Shown here: positions 22,975 through 36,071 of the stretch, one piece after another
Numbering within the stretch: position 1 is the stretch's first letter
Layout of the letters: every line of letters starts with the position of its first letter
From: Azolla caroliniana
Lineage: Eukaryota > Plantae > Polypodiophyta
Direction: 5' to 3'
NCBI GenBank assembly: GCA_043228905.1
Contig: JBHGNT010000020.1
Coordinates: forward strand, 10,912,001 to 10,976,000
DNA: 64,000 bases
Position numbers and translations under genes: made by a program
Notes under the pieces: generated by a model
Told to the model about the DNA's origin: nothing
Seen by the model: the letters and a program-made list of their open reading frames with translations, nothing else
Database searches by the model: none

Positions 22975-25850
22975 TATGTGTATTTGGAAGTTTTAACAAT
23001 ACCTTTTCCACCTCTACTTCTCCAAAATCAACATCCAATTCTTGACAATTATTTGTATACACAACATGCCCAACAACATTATAAAACTCTTGTCGTGCTT
23101 CCAACACATCCTCATTAATAATCAAGTTATCAACTTTAGACCAATCAAATTCTTAAAACGAGACATACATAACTCAATAACCTTGATTGGGTCTACAACA
23201 ATGTCATCCCCTACCTTAATTTGCACCAAATTCGAACGAGCGTATGATAGTCTTAATCCTTGAAAAAACATATGAGATTGAGATTGATTATCTATAAACC
23301 CCTCTCGTAACAGACGTAGTCTTGTCATATGATAACTTTGACAACACAAACTCTTCACAATGTCTTGTACCTGAACTGGAAGATCTAAAAGCTCTTCATC
23401 ATACAGATTATTCATCAATAGTACATTGCATCATGTAAGAATATGTGAAAACTTATTAGTCAATTGCTTATGTCTTTTAGCATTAGTCATACCATACATA
23501 TGGTGAATATCATTGATGTTTTGCAATGTTGTATCCCATGCATGCCATCCATTTGAATCAACTTGGTTTGAAAACATGCCAAACATTTGTTGCATATAGG
23601 CATCAAATAAGGAATGAAATAATAAAGAAGAATTAAACCTCAAAGGAACTCTATGAAGTAATGTTTTGTACATATCTACCCCATGTTTATTAAACTCAAA
23701 ACATATGGGAAAATGATATGATGTCATAACCTCCTGCACAATTGACATATTAAGCATCTCTGGTAAAAAAGACTCATCATGCATAACATACATTTTGTCC
23801 AACCTACTCAATGATTCCTTATTTGCTTAGACTGAAATGTAAACCCAACCTCATCTTGATGCAACCATTTGCATACATCCAACTTCAAAACCTGTGATGC
23901 CAACTTGTCCCACTTGCTCAGGAGAGTTCATCAATGAGAATCATGAAGTAGATTGTGATACATTAATACACATATTAAAATCACCCACTAACAAACCAAC
24001 AACTTTAATACTTGACTTCCATCACAAAAAAATGTCCATATGGATCATTATAGACTATATGAGGATAAAACAAATCACGAATAATCATGACTACATTTGA
24101 ATAATGATGAGATAATTGATTTGCATAATATGCTGAATATCCACACAAATGTAACACAAATCCTACTAAATCATGATACTTATGTTTAACTACACATAAC
24201 ATCCCATTCTTTATCAAATAAAGTTTTCCATAATATATTTCTTATGAGGAGAAGATGCCCCTCACACATTCCATGATTCCATTTTCATTTAACAACTTTA
24301 TTAAGAACTTGCTCTTTATGAGCAAGTGTACTCATAAATGTACTAACTACTTGTCCAAGAGATGCATAAGGATTTGTGTGTACACCATCCCCTCCACCAC
24401 TAATAGAGTTTTGGTGTCTAGCCCCATGAGTAAGAAGTTCTTAATTAAATTGAGATCGCACCACCCTTCTTGAAGAATCGAATTGTAGCTGGTTAGACAA
24501 TTTCTGATTTTGCACTTGTCTTTGCCAAGGATTTATCTGAAAACCCTCTTTTATTCTCAAATTATCTTTTGATAATGCCTTATCATTATTACTTTTTGTG
24601 TCCCTTTACATGGAAACATCCTTCCCTTTTATCTTATGCTTCACTTGATGCCACTCTTCATCGTCAAAATCCGGTTCTTCATTAGTACGTACTCCTTATC
24701 TTCCCCAACACCTATGACATGACCATAAGATGTTCCCTCATCCATGACCACATCAACCGTCAGGATGAAAATATTCTTCTCCATCTCTTCCTTATTTTTC
24801 CCTTTGACATAATTCCATGGATGGTTCACCATGATATTGGCATTCAACCATAAAATACCCCAATTGACCACATTTAAAACAATGTCCTGCAAAAGTTTCC
24901 TACTGAAGCTTAAAACGAAATCGACCAAATTGAGATGTATCTATACTCAACCATCTTGGAAGTTTACAACTCGTGTACCATAACATGCAAAATCTATATT
25001 TGTTCAACAAATTAGCATGAGGAGTAACCAAAACTTTACCGATTTGAGACATCAACTTTGGTAGTAATTCCCAAAAGAATGAGTTACTACATTCAACAAT
25101 CACCCAAATTGGACATTGTTGTTTTAATAAATCTTTATAATCCACCATCGGGATCCATTCCATCACAAGCACTAATCTTCTATAAAAAAAGGTTGGTACC
25201 TTTGCCATCAAAGCATTACCGTGTTCTGATGATCGGAAAACCACATCATAGAAACCTCTTGGACCCAGATACACATCCTCAACACAATTAGGCTTTACAA
25301 ATGAATTCAACCATTGCTTAATTCATGATACCAAAGAAAGTACTAGTGAAATAGAAAATAACACTGCGATCATAAAACCTGTCAAAAGTTGCTAACATGG
25401 ACTTGGTCTCCATCACCAGCTCTACAACATCCTCTTCTACACAATCCTTAGCATCTTTCACATTTTTTCCATAAAATAAAAAAGCAAAACCTTAACAAAA
25501 TCATGACGACTGTCAACATCATACTCATCCCTAATAACATCTTTCCCACCAAGAATTGCAGCATATGATGTTTTCTCATGGTCTGTAGAATCGATATGTT
25601 TTTGTCGTTTGTAATTTTCACAACCATCATTACTACCACATCCATCAACAATCATCAACTCACTTCCTGTTGTCGTATCAAACATCCTAACAAAGATTGA
25701 GAGAAACTAACTTGTATGATGACAATTTTCCTTGTATCTTCTTGTAGCCTAAAACCTCTCTCTCTCGTGTTTCCTCTTGTGTTTATATTTCTCCCCCCTC
25801 GTCCTGTTATTCTCTATTGTTGTCTTTAAGTAGCCTTAACTCACACACAC
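22975..25850 (-). mobile_element. Degraded plant L1-clade LINE (ORF1 + endonuclease + linker), truncated before RT
   Basis: ORF1-like VEDVYLGPRGFYDVVFRS...PIWV...QIGKVL (DUF4283-like). Endonuclease SRLDKMYV...SYHFPI...RFNSSLL. Ends at FGEVEVEKVLLKLPN, just before where the RT would begin. Confidence 0.75.
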
Positions 25851-26724
25851 ATCTCAAATAACAAACATCCAAACAATAAAGTTTCATTCTCTTGTTTCTT
25901 GCAAGGAGAGGAGCACACTCTACACTCTACCTTTCCTTTGGAAGAGTTTTTGATATAATGATGATAAAGTGTAATTAGGGATTTGGTTCACGAGTATTAT
26001 TGGATGAGTATGGATTAACAATATCAAATTGTTTTGGTAGTGAAGTTTTGATTATTTTGGAATTTATGGTAAAAACCGGTCAAAAATCTGCAATATGAGA
26101 CTTGAAATAGTTGAAGTTGTGAGAGTACTCAGACTCTCAAACTTGTTTAGGGCAAAGTCTATATAGTCAACCACTCTCATCACTTGTGCCCCAACACCTT
26201 GGTTCACATCACAATGAATGTGAGCTAAGTCTCATGGAGGCAATGATCTAAATGGCAGACAACATGATGGGCTCTAACATGTATCAATGTGTACAGTTTC
26301 CCCGTTTCGTGAAGATATGGATTCGTAGTTAGGTGGAACATGTGTAATATAATGTGTGAAGCGTGAACCTCCACATTTGTCCCAATTTGTGATACATTAG
26401 CGCTGCAAAAAGTCTCATTTATAGAGGAATCTAGTGATGCATCATAAAGCAAGTGTGTTGCATCCCATATACCAAACCATTTTCCCATATCTTGCATCTA
26501 ACCGGACCAAAACACAAAATTTTGCTTTTACACATCTTTTGGATCTTTTTGCTTGTTTCCCAAGTGATTCTAGAAAGTCAATGTGAGGGACTTTATTGAA
26601 CCTTAAGCATGTATTCTACAACCCTTTCAATGGCCATGTTCTCAATGGGAAGTGATCACATCTCAAGGAGGAGGGTGTATGACATTTCTTTCGTAACTTG
26701 TAGAAACATTGTAAGAAAATGTAT

Positions 26725-27105
26725 CATCCATATGCATACACATATAACCTTCTCATAGATTCGAGAAATTAAAAGCATATATTCACTTGGCACCTCAACT
26801 TCTTCCATTTGCCTCCAAAGATGCTCATGATGTACCATATCAAAGCTTTCTTGAAGTCTACGAGGCAACAATATAAACCTTTACAACTGATGCGACTTTC
26901 CTCCATTAATACTTGAAGGGTGACAATGTGATCAATGGTGTTGTGGTTTTTTGAAAGCCAACTTGTCCATAGCCTCTCTTATCATTTTTTTCATCCCATG
27001 CACTTATTTTTTATTCCATTATACATCAAAATAAATTTTCTATTAGTGATCCAACCATGATGGTTTGACAATTGTTTACACTATTTACGTCTCCACCTTT
27101 ATGTA
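26725..27105 (-). mobile_element. LINE reverse transcriptase fragment (RTEX-like)
   Basis: HKGGDVNSVNNCQTIMVGS, QVGFQKNHNTIDHIVTLQVL and ESFDMVHHEHLWRQM on the minus strand, homologous to the RT at ~16970-17330. Confidence 0.7.
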
Positions 27106-27108
27106 AAT

Positions 27109-28485
27109 TGTAAAGAATCGAGTATGATTCTTGTGTAGCAGAAGAGATGCATGTTATGTGTATGTGTGAGAGGAATTAGAGGAGAGAAGAGAGAAGACAA
27201 GATAAATAGAAAAAGGAATACTCAAGAAGAAGGTGTATATTCACAAGTAGAATAGCAAATACAAAATGTAGCATTACAAGGAGTCACAACCAACTTAGTA
27301 TAAAGTATGAGGAGGGTGCTTTATATATAGTCACCATCTCTTTTCATTAACTAACTATAACAACCACTCTCTCTTGGGGAATGTGAAGACTCATAGTCAT
27401 GGGGAGTATGTCACTCATTAGTTATGTGTCATAGAATATGATTCGCAATGTACGATATACTTGTATACTCTTTGCATGGTGAGCACTCTGTTCTATGGAC
27501 CAATCACTTGTTTCTAATAGCATGATAGAATACTATGATCTCGGTTAGGATATGTTGACACTCTACGTTGTCGTGAAGATAACGCTTCACGATGTCAAAA
27601 CAATGTCAAAAAAAACTATAGAAGTACATTTCTCGTCTGGAGCTTGTGACAAAGAGCATGTACGATTTTTTGGTTCGTGAATCGGAGTTGAAAAGCTCAA
27701 GATACAATCTTCACAAGGATTAATGCAACTCGGGATACAAATATAATTATGTCAAAAGGAGGATTCGAATTTAAATAAGAGCGATTTTGTAATCTCTCAA
27801 ATGTACAATTACAAAATCGAATTTGTGAAATTTATCAATAAATAAATAAATATAAAAATATAAAAAAATAACCGCCCGCATGAGGTGGTTGACCCCCTTA
27901 TAAAAGCCACTCCCATGGTGGCTAAAGAAGGGGAGAAGAGGAGAAGAAGAAGAACAAAAAGCGAGTGAAAAAGCCCGCGTGGGTGTGGGATGCAAAGCTC
28001 GCCCAAAAAGATGGTGGCCTGCATAAACAAAGAGAAAATTTAAAGAAAATAAAATATAAATAAAAATGAAAGAAGTTGAAGCGGTGTATCCCAAATGCCT
28101 CTTCACAAACAGAAGATTGTGAGTTCGTAACCTTTCAAAGCAACTTCCTTTGATAAACAAATCTTGAAAGATAAATTTAGTAAATATAAAGAGAAAGACA
28201 ATTATATCCATGCAAGGAGTTGAAGTGGCCTATCTCAAATGCTTCCCCTTATATTGAGGTCGTGAGTTCAAGTCTTACCAAGTAACGTTTTACAAATATA
28301 TATTGTAAGTGGTTGCTTTACAAAAAAATTCTTTTTGCGAAAACGTCACATCTATCTTGCCTTCTCAACTTCTTGTCATTGCACCATCCACGCGATCATC
28401 CCCGAGTCACAGAACCTTAGCGGTTGTGACACACAACCACAATCTTTACGACAACGTAGAGAGAGATATGTTCATCTTTGCAACA
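27109..28485 (-). mobile_element. Copia-type LTR related to the 52286/59263 LTRs, interrupted by a TIR element
   Basis: The reverse complement contains GAATCATATTCTATGACACATAAC (exact match to ~52410) and GGTGACTAT..ATAAAGCACCCTCC. Candidate termini are TGTTGCA and TTTACA. No matching TSD was seen, so the right boundary is tentative. Confidence 0.6.
27557..28464. mobile_element. Non-autonomous DNA transposon (~0.9 kb) with ~20-bp TIRs
   Basis: CTCTACGTTGTCGTGAAGAT (27561-27580) is the inverted copy of ATCTTTACGACAACGTAGAG (28442-28461), 19/20. The flanking direct repeat GATATGTT (27549-27556, 28465-28472) is a likely TSD. Confidence 0.75.
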
Positions 28486-28899
28486 ATAGAAAGGAAACAT
28501 CACCAGTTAGACTAGGGAATGTGAATCCTTGCATAATCATTGTTAGTAGAGGTATTGACCTTACTCTCCTCAGAGGTATCTGACTTACCCTTACTTATGT
28601 TCATCTCATACCCAACTTGAGGATGTGGTTGATTTTAGTTGGCCAACACAAAAATCATGCCCTCTGAGTTTCTTTTATGAAATTTGATTAGATCATCACC
28701 CAAGGTAACTTACAGTAGGCTCGTGGTTGAAAGATCAATACTCTCTATCCAATGTATGTTACGTCATCTAATTTTGGATTGTATCTAATTGAGCTATTGG
28801 CCTCATCATTTTGGATGTTCGGCTCACTCACATGAGCAAATGTGGAATGGAAATTCTATTTCATTCAAGCTACATCCCTCTTCTTCTTTTTCTGATTTC

Positions 28900-29650
28900 T
28901 CATTCTAAGATAACTATCAATAGGCAAACAAACCACACCTCCTCATCACTCTGGAGCACCAAAGGACCATTTCCCATTTGACCTCATATATTCCAATATT
29001 TGTGGTTTGATGCCATCATTCTCTTTAGGTAGCACCTCACACTTCATCAACAATGCAACACGTAAAGTTTCGGCCTATCCAATTAGGTATTCAAAGTGTT
29101 CCAACAATGGCTCGTAATAGTCAATGAACAAAGCAACCAAATGTTGAAGTGGCCTCAGGTCGGATAATGGGGAAACATGCCTTTAATAAATTTTGCAAAG
29201 AGAAGGGTATATCCGACAGGAACTCATTGATCCCTACACCCCTCAACAAAATGGCATTGCAGAGCGAATAAAAACAACCCTCCAAAACTAGATAACATCC
29301 ATGCTCCAACACGTGGGCCTAACATTTGGCTTCTAATTAGAAGCACAACTTACAATGGTATATCTCATTAATATCTCCCCTAAGAAACCTCTTAACTTGT
29401 TGATATTAGAGGAGCTTTGATCGGGTAAAACCCTTATCACAACAAGCATCACATTTTTTGGTGTACAGGCATACCCCCTCATTCTGACAAATACAAGAGA
29501 GAAGTTGACCCCCCACACTCACATGTGCATCTTCCTCGTTGTGAAGGAGTTTTTGGATATCTACTATTGGTTGTGACTAGTTAGACTATTGTACACACGT
29601 CCAACATCGTCTTCAACGAAATTGCTATGCATAGGCAGATGACTCCTCGG
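28900..29650 (+). mobile_element. Degraded Copia integrase remnant
   Basis: FDLIYSNICG, SDNG, YTPQQNGIAE and FFGVQAY...REKLTP...CIFL motifs with frameshifts. Confidence 0.7.
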
Positions 29651-31724
29651 GTCAAATTCCAATGTGTCAAGTGACAATAGAGAGTTGGAAGACCATAAAA
29701 TAGACTTATTAACTGAACTAACCTTTGTTATATTTTAATGGGTTGTCTCTATTATTGGCAATCTTAGAAGATACAAAGAAAAAAAGAATCCTTGTTAAGG
29801 CATCAACATAGCTAAATTTCTTGGTGACAATAGAGAAGGACCATCAACATATATGTGTGCTTAGCCAAGTAATGAACGGAACATACCGAAATTGTTTATG
29901 CGCAATGCCTAGGAATTCTGCACATGAGGTACCAAGACCAAACTATGAGGTACCAATTCTACACAAGGTTTCACAATCTTTATATGAAAATTGTTAATCA
30001 TCATAGAGTTTCAATTCCCATGGCCAATGCCCCTAGGTTTGTTATAGAGTGGTCTTGATGGCTTAGTTCATATCTTGAATGTTCTTAGCCTCTAGGTTTG
30101 CCATGCATTCCTATCCATTATAATATTGTTTGTGTGGGCTACTTTCTTCTAAGGGTGTTTGTCACAAACAAAGTTACAACTTATAACCATCACCTCATAT
30201 GATTGCGACGTTCTTATGCCCTTGTCACAATGTACATGCAATAATGGTAAAAGTGACTTAGACATGCTACACACTTCAATAACAATTATGTGCTCCATTT
30301 AATGAAAGCATTTCAAAAGGTGCTCACACATCGGAAACCTTGTAAACCTGAAATATTCAACTAACCTCATGATTCCCTTATGTTGGTTAGTTTAAAGGTA
30401 TTCAAAAAAGGAAGAAAATGATTGGAAGTTAGCACACTATTGGTGATGTGTTGCCATCATATCATAGGTACATTCATAAAAGTTCATTTATTTATTTCCA
30501 AAGGTTTTGAGTTAAAGGTGAGTGGATCACTAATCATGATCGATATCCATCATTTTTGTGCGATTCATCGCACAACATAATGAAGTAAAAGGATTTATTA
30601 TGACTTGCAATGTTATTATTGTTATTCATTGGGTCTTGAATCAAACTTGTCCATTGTGCATTTGAGTGTTCATTTATTTGGATGTAGCAAACAATGCAAG
30701 AAACATAAATCCACATGCTACTTGTTTGGTCATGTGTAAGTAGGTTAAAAGGAAATGCATGAAAGTAAAGAAATGTGCTTGAATAAATAAGAGATGACAT
30801 GGACAAGTGGATGACGAGGGTTGGATGTACACTCTTACCTTATAATCAATTGAATTATCGTAAGAAGCATTGGTAACAATGAAAAAGAGGAACATTGTCT
30901 GATTATGGATACATCTCTTCCTTTTTTGTGTAAAAGTCGTTTCAATATTTAAACATAGCGGTATAAAACCTTTTCCATACATCTCCTATCTTCCTTTATT
31001 TCTCTTTGATGCTTCAAACTCTTCATTTCTCTCATCTACCCTTTGACATTTCTTTCTTTGCGTTTTACACCAGCTTCCTTAAAGTTCTCATTCACTTCTT
31101 ACATTGGTGTTTAAATCTCACCTTTTGTCCCTTTGATTTTGCTTCAAGATAGCTCAACCTCTAATATCATGATTTCTTCTTTCCAAGTTCATTTGGCTTC
31201 AAAATTCTATCTAGCTGGATAAATCTCCAAGATGTTTCATCTTTTTTACTTTGTTCTATTGTTGGCTAATATTAAATCCACCATGCCTATTGTCGTAGCA
31301 TGAGATATCGTCCATGGTTGTAAGGCAATTTCCTAAACATTGAAAAATTGGGAATTTATTTGGACTTTGATATTTACACATCTATATGATTTCATTACGT
31401 TTTTTAATGTTTAATTGCCATAATGATAAACGACAAATCCTTACAAAGTTTCATCTTCCTACAAACTCTCCATAAAGTTTTGTGATTCTCAACTAGAAAT
31501 GTCCCATTGTTTATCATAAAATAAGTATTTTGTCAATCATTTTGGCGTAACTTGTCAAATGACAAATTTCATTTCTTTCCTCACATGTCATCTTTCCATT
31601 TGGCATTGATTCCATTGCATAAAGTTGTTTTGCATAAGTCAACATTTACACCTTTATCTTATACACGATTAACCCCTATGAAAATGTAGGTGCATATAAT
31701 CCGTGAATGAGATAACCACTACAT

Positions 31725-31908
31725 ATGAGCACATATGCTCTTTTTCTTCTCGCCATTATCAAAACATGCATCATCAACTTTTGCTCATAAAAGGGTGGAC
31801 GGTGTCATCAAATGATGAGCATATATGCTCTTTTTCTTCTTGTCATTATCAAAACATGCATCATCAACTTTTGCTCATAAATGGGCGGATGGTGTCATCA
31901 AATGATGA
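31725..31908. repeat. 90-bp tandem duplication
   Basis: ATGAGCA.ATATGCTCTTTTTCTTCT...GGTGTCATCAAATG repeated at 31725 and 31815. Confidence 0.9.
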
Positions 31909-33776
31909 CAAAATATATTTATCAAAGTTTAAGTGCGTCTATTCACATGATGTGAAAGAAATAAATGAAAAGTCTACATTTGGCATTCCGCAAGCCTCAC
32001 AAAGAGTGGATGAATGTATTAGCAAAGGGGTGAGGTGATTGCGTGGGAAAGTTTGAGTGGTTGCTTGAAAATCATGGTGGGCACTTTGGTATATGCAATG
32101 TTGGGGATAGAAAAATCATTAAATACTATTAAAATACGCCCCCCAATTTTCATACCCAACGTTATCTAATGTAACCAAATAACTATGCAACCTAATCACA
32201 TATTCATTCATCCATTTATAGATGAACCATACTCTCCAATTTGAGATTTTTTTACCTTCTTGTCACCACTAACTTAAATGTGAACATATTGGCGGTTTGA
32301 AGGTTTTGTTCTTTTAGAGTTCTAATTCAAGATTGGCTTCATGTAAGCTTTTACTTCAACAAACGGGGTAGCAATGCGAGCAATTGAAATAGTAGTATGT
32401 TTGAAGTGTATGCTTAAGGGAGTGAATCTATTGTAGAATGAAGCAATAATCACATTAGTTTACTTGTTTGGAATGAGCTTTATGTAGACATCGTGAATCT
32501 TATGGTCACTCATTTTGCAATAGCTTTTTTAAAACAGATGCACCATTTTACAATGGCATTGTATGCCAAGTGTTAGTTGGCACATGGCTCGTTCCTAAGG
32601 GTCTCACAATTGAACATCAATAAAGAGTTTTACCCTAGTGACAAGCTAAATGTTAAATTAATAACCCTAGTGTTTAACCCTAGTGATAGGCATTATTTTA
32701 TTTGATGTTGATGCAAAATGTAGACGTTAAATGCATGCAATTCTCATATGCAGTGGATAACCTTGGCGAAAGTTGTTTGCAGACCGGCATGTTCATGAAT
32801 ATTTGGATCCGAAGAAAAGTAAAAGAATGGGACATGAGAGCATGACCCCATGTTTAAGCCACCCATCTTGGAAGACTTTCACAAGAAATGGAAAGCAATC
32901 CATCAGACCCAAAGTTGAGGTTTGCAATTCCATTGGGGATTTTTTTTAGGGTGGCTTATCAATGTCCAAGTTAAATTTGGACACGTATGCCCAAAAGAGT
33001 GGGTGTCATTTGCCGTAAGCAACTCATAATATTGGATGTACATCAATATCATTGTTTTGATTTCTTCGAATTATACATCATGAATGAAAAATCCATGTAT
33101 TTATGAATCAATATACTTACTAAGGAAATACCTCAGTTGGATAGCTATGAGCTATTTTTGTATTTCCCATATTGCTAGTGTCGATACGGCGGGTCGAATG
33201 ATGTTCATATACCAAGATCTTGGATCAGCACAGATATCCTTCCTCAAAAGAAGGATTCTCGAGGGAAAAAATGGGGACTATTGCAAAGGCGCGAGACTAA
33301 GTGAGCATGGGTTTAAATACCAAATTATCTAACAGATAATTTAGTATACAACTTGGCGAAGCAAGAACTGGTGCGTAGGCTTTATGTCACTAACGGTATG
33401 AGAAGGGAGCGCGAAAAATATCTCTCAAAGAAAACCATCCTTGGATTTACCTGTTTTGAATCACACAATCCATAACAGATTTACTAGTTGTCACAATGTC
33501 TATGACCGGGGGTAAGCACATAATGTTTTGGACTCCATATATACCAATGCAATTGGTTTCGGATCTCACTATCCCCACTAGTTTTACGAGTTATGATAGA
33601 GCCTATGACATTGGACAAATGGATAGGGCCTTTGGGTCTCCAACAGATGTATAGATATATAGTTGGAGACAAGCTTTTTCAGTGTGGAGTGTCTTCCCAG
33701 ACACCATAAATCATTACTTCATGGGCCTATGAAGAGAAGCTTTTTTAAAGTCATCTATATACATTATGCATGTATG

Positions 33777-33810
<34 letters not shown>

Positions 33811-34004
33811 TTTATTTTCTTCCTTTCTTTTTCTTTCTTTTGCTTTTCAAAAGGTGGTTGTTCCACTGAAAAACTGAGAATGCACACACTCTCATTATCA
33901 AAAACACTCGGAAATCTCTCTCTCTCTCTCTTCAAAAACCATACTATTCCATCTTCAGTCTCCCTCTCTATCAGGCAGAACAGAGAGGGAGAGAGAGAGA
34001 GAGG

Positions 34005-34089
34005 ATGAGATGGAGGCTTGGTCATTTATTGAGGCGCCCTCTGCGTCGATTTTGGAGCTCTTGCACTTCTTCTTCTTCCAATTGCCATG
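34005..34089 (+). CDS. Exon 1 of a 73-aa conserved plant small protein (VQSCGYEDVHVMW family, function unknown)
   Basis: MRWRLGHLLRRPLRRFWSSCTSSSSNCH followed by a phase-1 donor G|GTGAAT. Preceded by a TA-rich promoter-like tract and CT/GA-rich UTR-like sequence. Confidence 0.8.
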
Positions 34090-34132
<43 letters not shown>

Positions 34133-34452
34133 ATTGAAATGGGCTTTTACCTTACCTTAGTGGTTATTAACATAAGGTCATGGGTTCAAACCATTTTGCC
34201 TTCACAAGGTTCTTTTGTGCACAAGATCATGAGTTCAAAACCCTTCACCTTTAAGAATGTTGTGGGTGGGTTCAATTAGGATTCCAACGAACAACACGAG
34301 ATCGTGCAATCAGTACTAAAATGGCGAGAAAGCATTCTTCGGGATGGATGGACATGAATGCTCTAGATCTTAGCGTGAAATCCTCTTTCGAGCACTAGTG
34401 TGCATGTGTTGGGTTCGCTCTAGCTAGGCCTCTCCGACCTCCATTCCCAATT

Positions 34453-35187
34453 CCAAGATCATGGCTATGAGTTTGTTGGAGACTAATTGTCCAAGATCAT
34501 GGCTATGAGTTTGTTGGAGACTAATTGTCGTCATGTTAAAATGGCACGGGGTTGAGAAGAGGTATTTGCATGCATCAGAGTCGTTTCCTTGTACATGTCC
34601 TAATGGGTGTGTCACCATCATTTCCTTACATGCATGTCCCAATGGATGCATCAATGTCATTTCCTTGTACATGTCCCAACATCCTAACGGGGCGTGTCAC
34701 CATCATTTCCATATACATGTTCCAGTGGGTGCATCAATCTCATTTGTTGTACATGTCCTCAACACCGTGGGTTGGAGTATAGTATCATATTCTTGGCATC
34801 CTTACTCCGTTTGGTTGTGATCGCATCCACAAAGGCATGATTTGATGTCCTCGGTAATCATATCCTTGATGGCTAGCCTCTAATTATGATTTGTACCTCA
34901 AATCATTTCATTTGCATGTGTTGTGTGCCCAAGATAAAGAGATGAATTTGTATTTATTTGGCCAATGTACCAAGCTTGGATTGGTAGGTGTTGCTCCAGT
35001 TGGTTGTGATTGCATCCACAAGGCATGATCTGATATCCTTAGTAAGCATATCCTTGATGGGTAGCTCTAATTATTTTTGTCACAACTTGTACCTCAAATC
35101 ATTTCATTTGCATGTGGCGTGTGCCCAAGTAGAAAAGATGAATTCGTATTTATTTGGCCAATGTACCAAGCTTGGATTGGTGGGTGG
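34453..35187. repeat. Cluster of tandem duplications within the small-gene intron (38 bp x2; degenerate ~35-40 bp units; ~188 bp x2)
   Basis: CCAAGATCATGGCTATGAGTTTGTTGGAGACTAATTGT at 34453 and 34491. TTTCCTTGTACATGTCC-like units at 34585-34760. TTGGTTGTGAT.GCATCCACAA at ~34812 and ~35000. Confidence 0.85.
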
Positions 35188-35934
35188 TGTGTCATTGTGT
35201 CCTTTATTTTGATCACAAGGTAGTGCAGGAAGAACATCTTTTGTACCTTTTTAATGTTGTTCCATCAAGAGAGATGAAGGGGGGAAGTCATTCCTCACAA
35301 TGTTGTAACTATGAGGATGTTACACAAAAAAAATACCCATATAAAAAAGCTTTCTTTGTTCTCATTGTTTAAATCTATGTATACAAGCTTTCAATGTTGG
35401 TGGAGTTTGATCTTGGAAGGAAGAGTTGGATATAAGTTTCCTTGTATATCCAAACAATGTTCAAGATGGTTATATACACTCACGATGATACACATGCCAA
35501 AGATATACTCGGAATATTAAAAAGAAACATGAAAATCAAATTTCTGACATAATAAATATTTTTGGTTTTAGTCCTAGTGCCTTCTACGATAAAAAAGAGT
35601 CTAGTTGTTGACAACATGTTGCTTTTAATTGTGAGATTTGCAAACAAGGAAACTTGTATATTGTAATGGTTATTTTGCCACTTTTTAGTGTTGATTGGAT
35701 CAAGGATGTCTTAAAAGACCAAACATAATGTAATAGAGTTTGTGTGAATATCTAGTTCACCATCATTCTCACTTTCTATGTATGTATATAATTATCCAAT
35801 CTTTTATATGACAATTTGATGATTTAGATGTCATAATGGATTTCTTTAGGGGATGCTCGGTCATTAGTTTATGTAGTTTTATGTAAATAGTCTCTCTATG
35901 AATCAATTGTACCTAATTGGATTTTGGATTGTAG

Positions 35935-36071
35935 GCGAGGGATTCTCCAAGTTATATTGCCACGTGCAATCATGTGGATATGAAGATGTACATGTCATGT
36001 GGACCATGCTTCACAATAATCAATGCCCACCAAAACCACATATTAGAAGTAGTTCTTCCCAATTTCTATAA
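35935..36071 (+). CDS. Exon 2 of the 73-aa conserved plant small protein
   Basis: Acceptor TTTTGGATTGTAG|. Phase-1 joining gives GEGFSKLYCHVQSCGYEDVHVMWTMLHNNQCPPKPHIRSSSSQFL*. The spliced CDS is 222 nt. The motif matches a known family of uncharacterised small plant proteins (KL..DVQ[ST]CGYEDV[HQ]VMWEML). Confidence 0.82.

Noticed and set aside
32700-33700. Possible minus-strand exons or organellar (matK/ndhF-like) fragment
   Set aside because: Only weak, short resemblances with stops in the frames examined. It cannot be supported without a database search.
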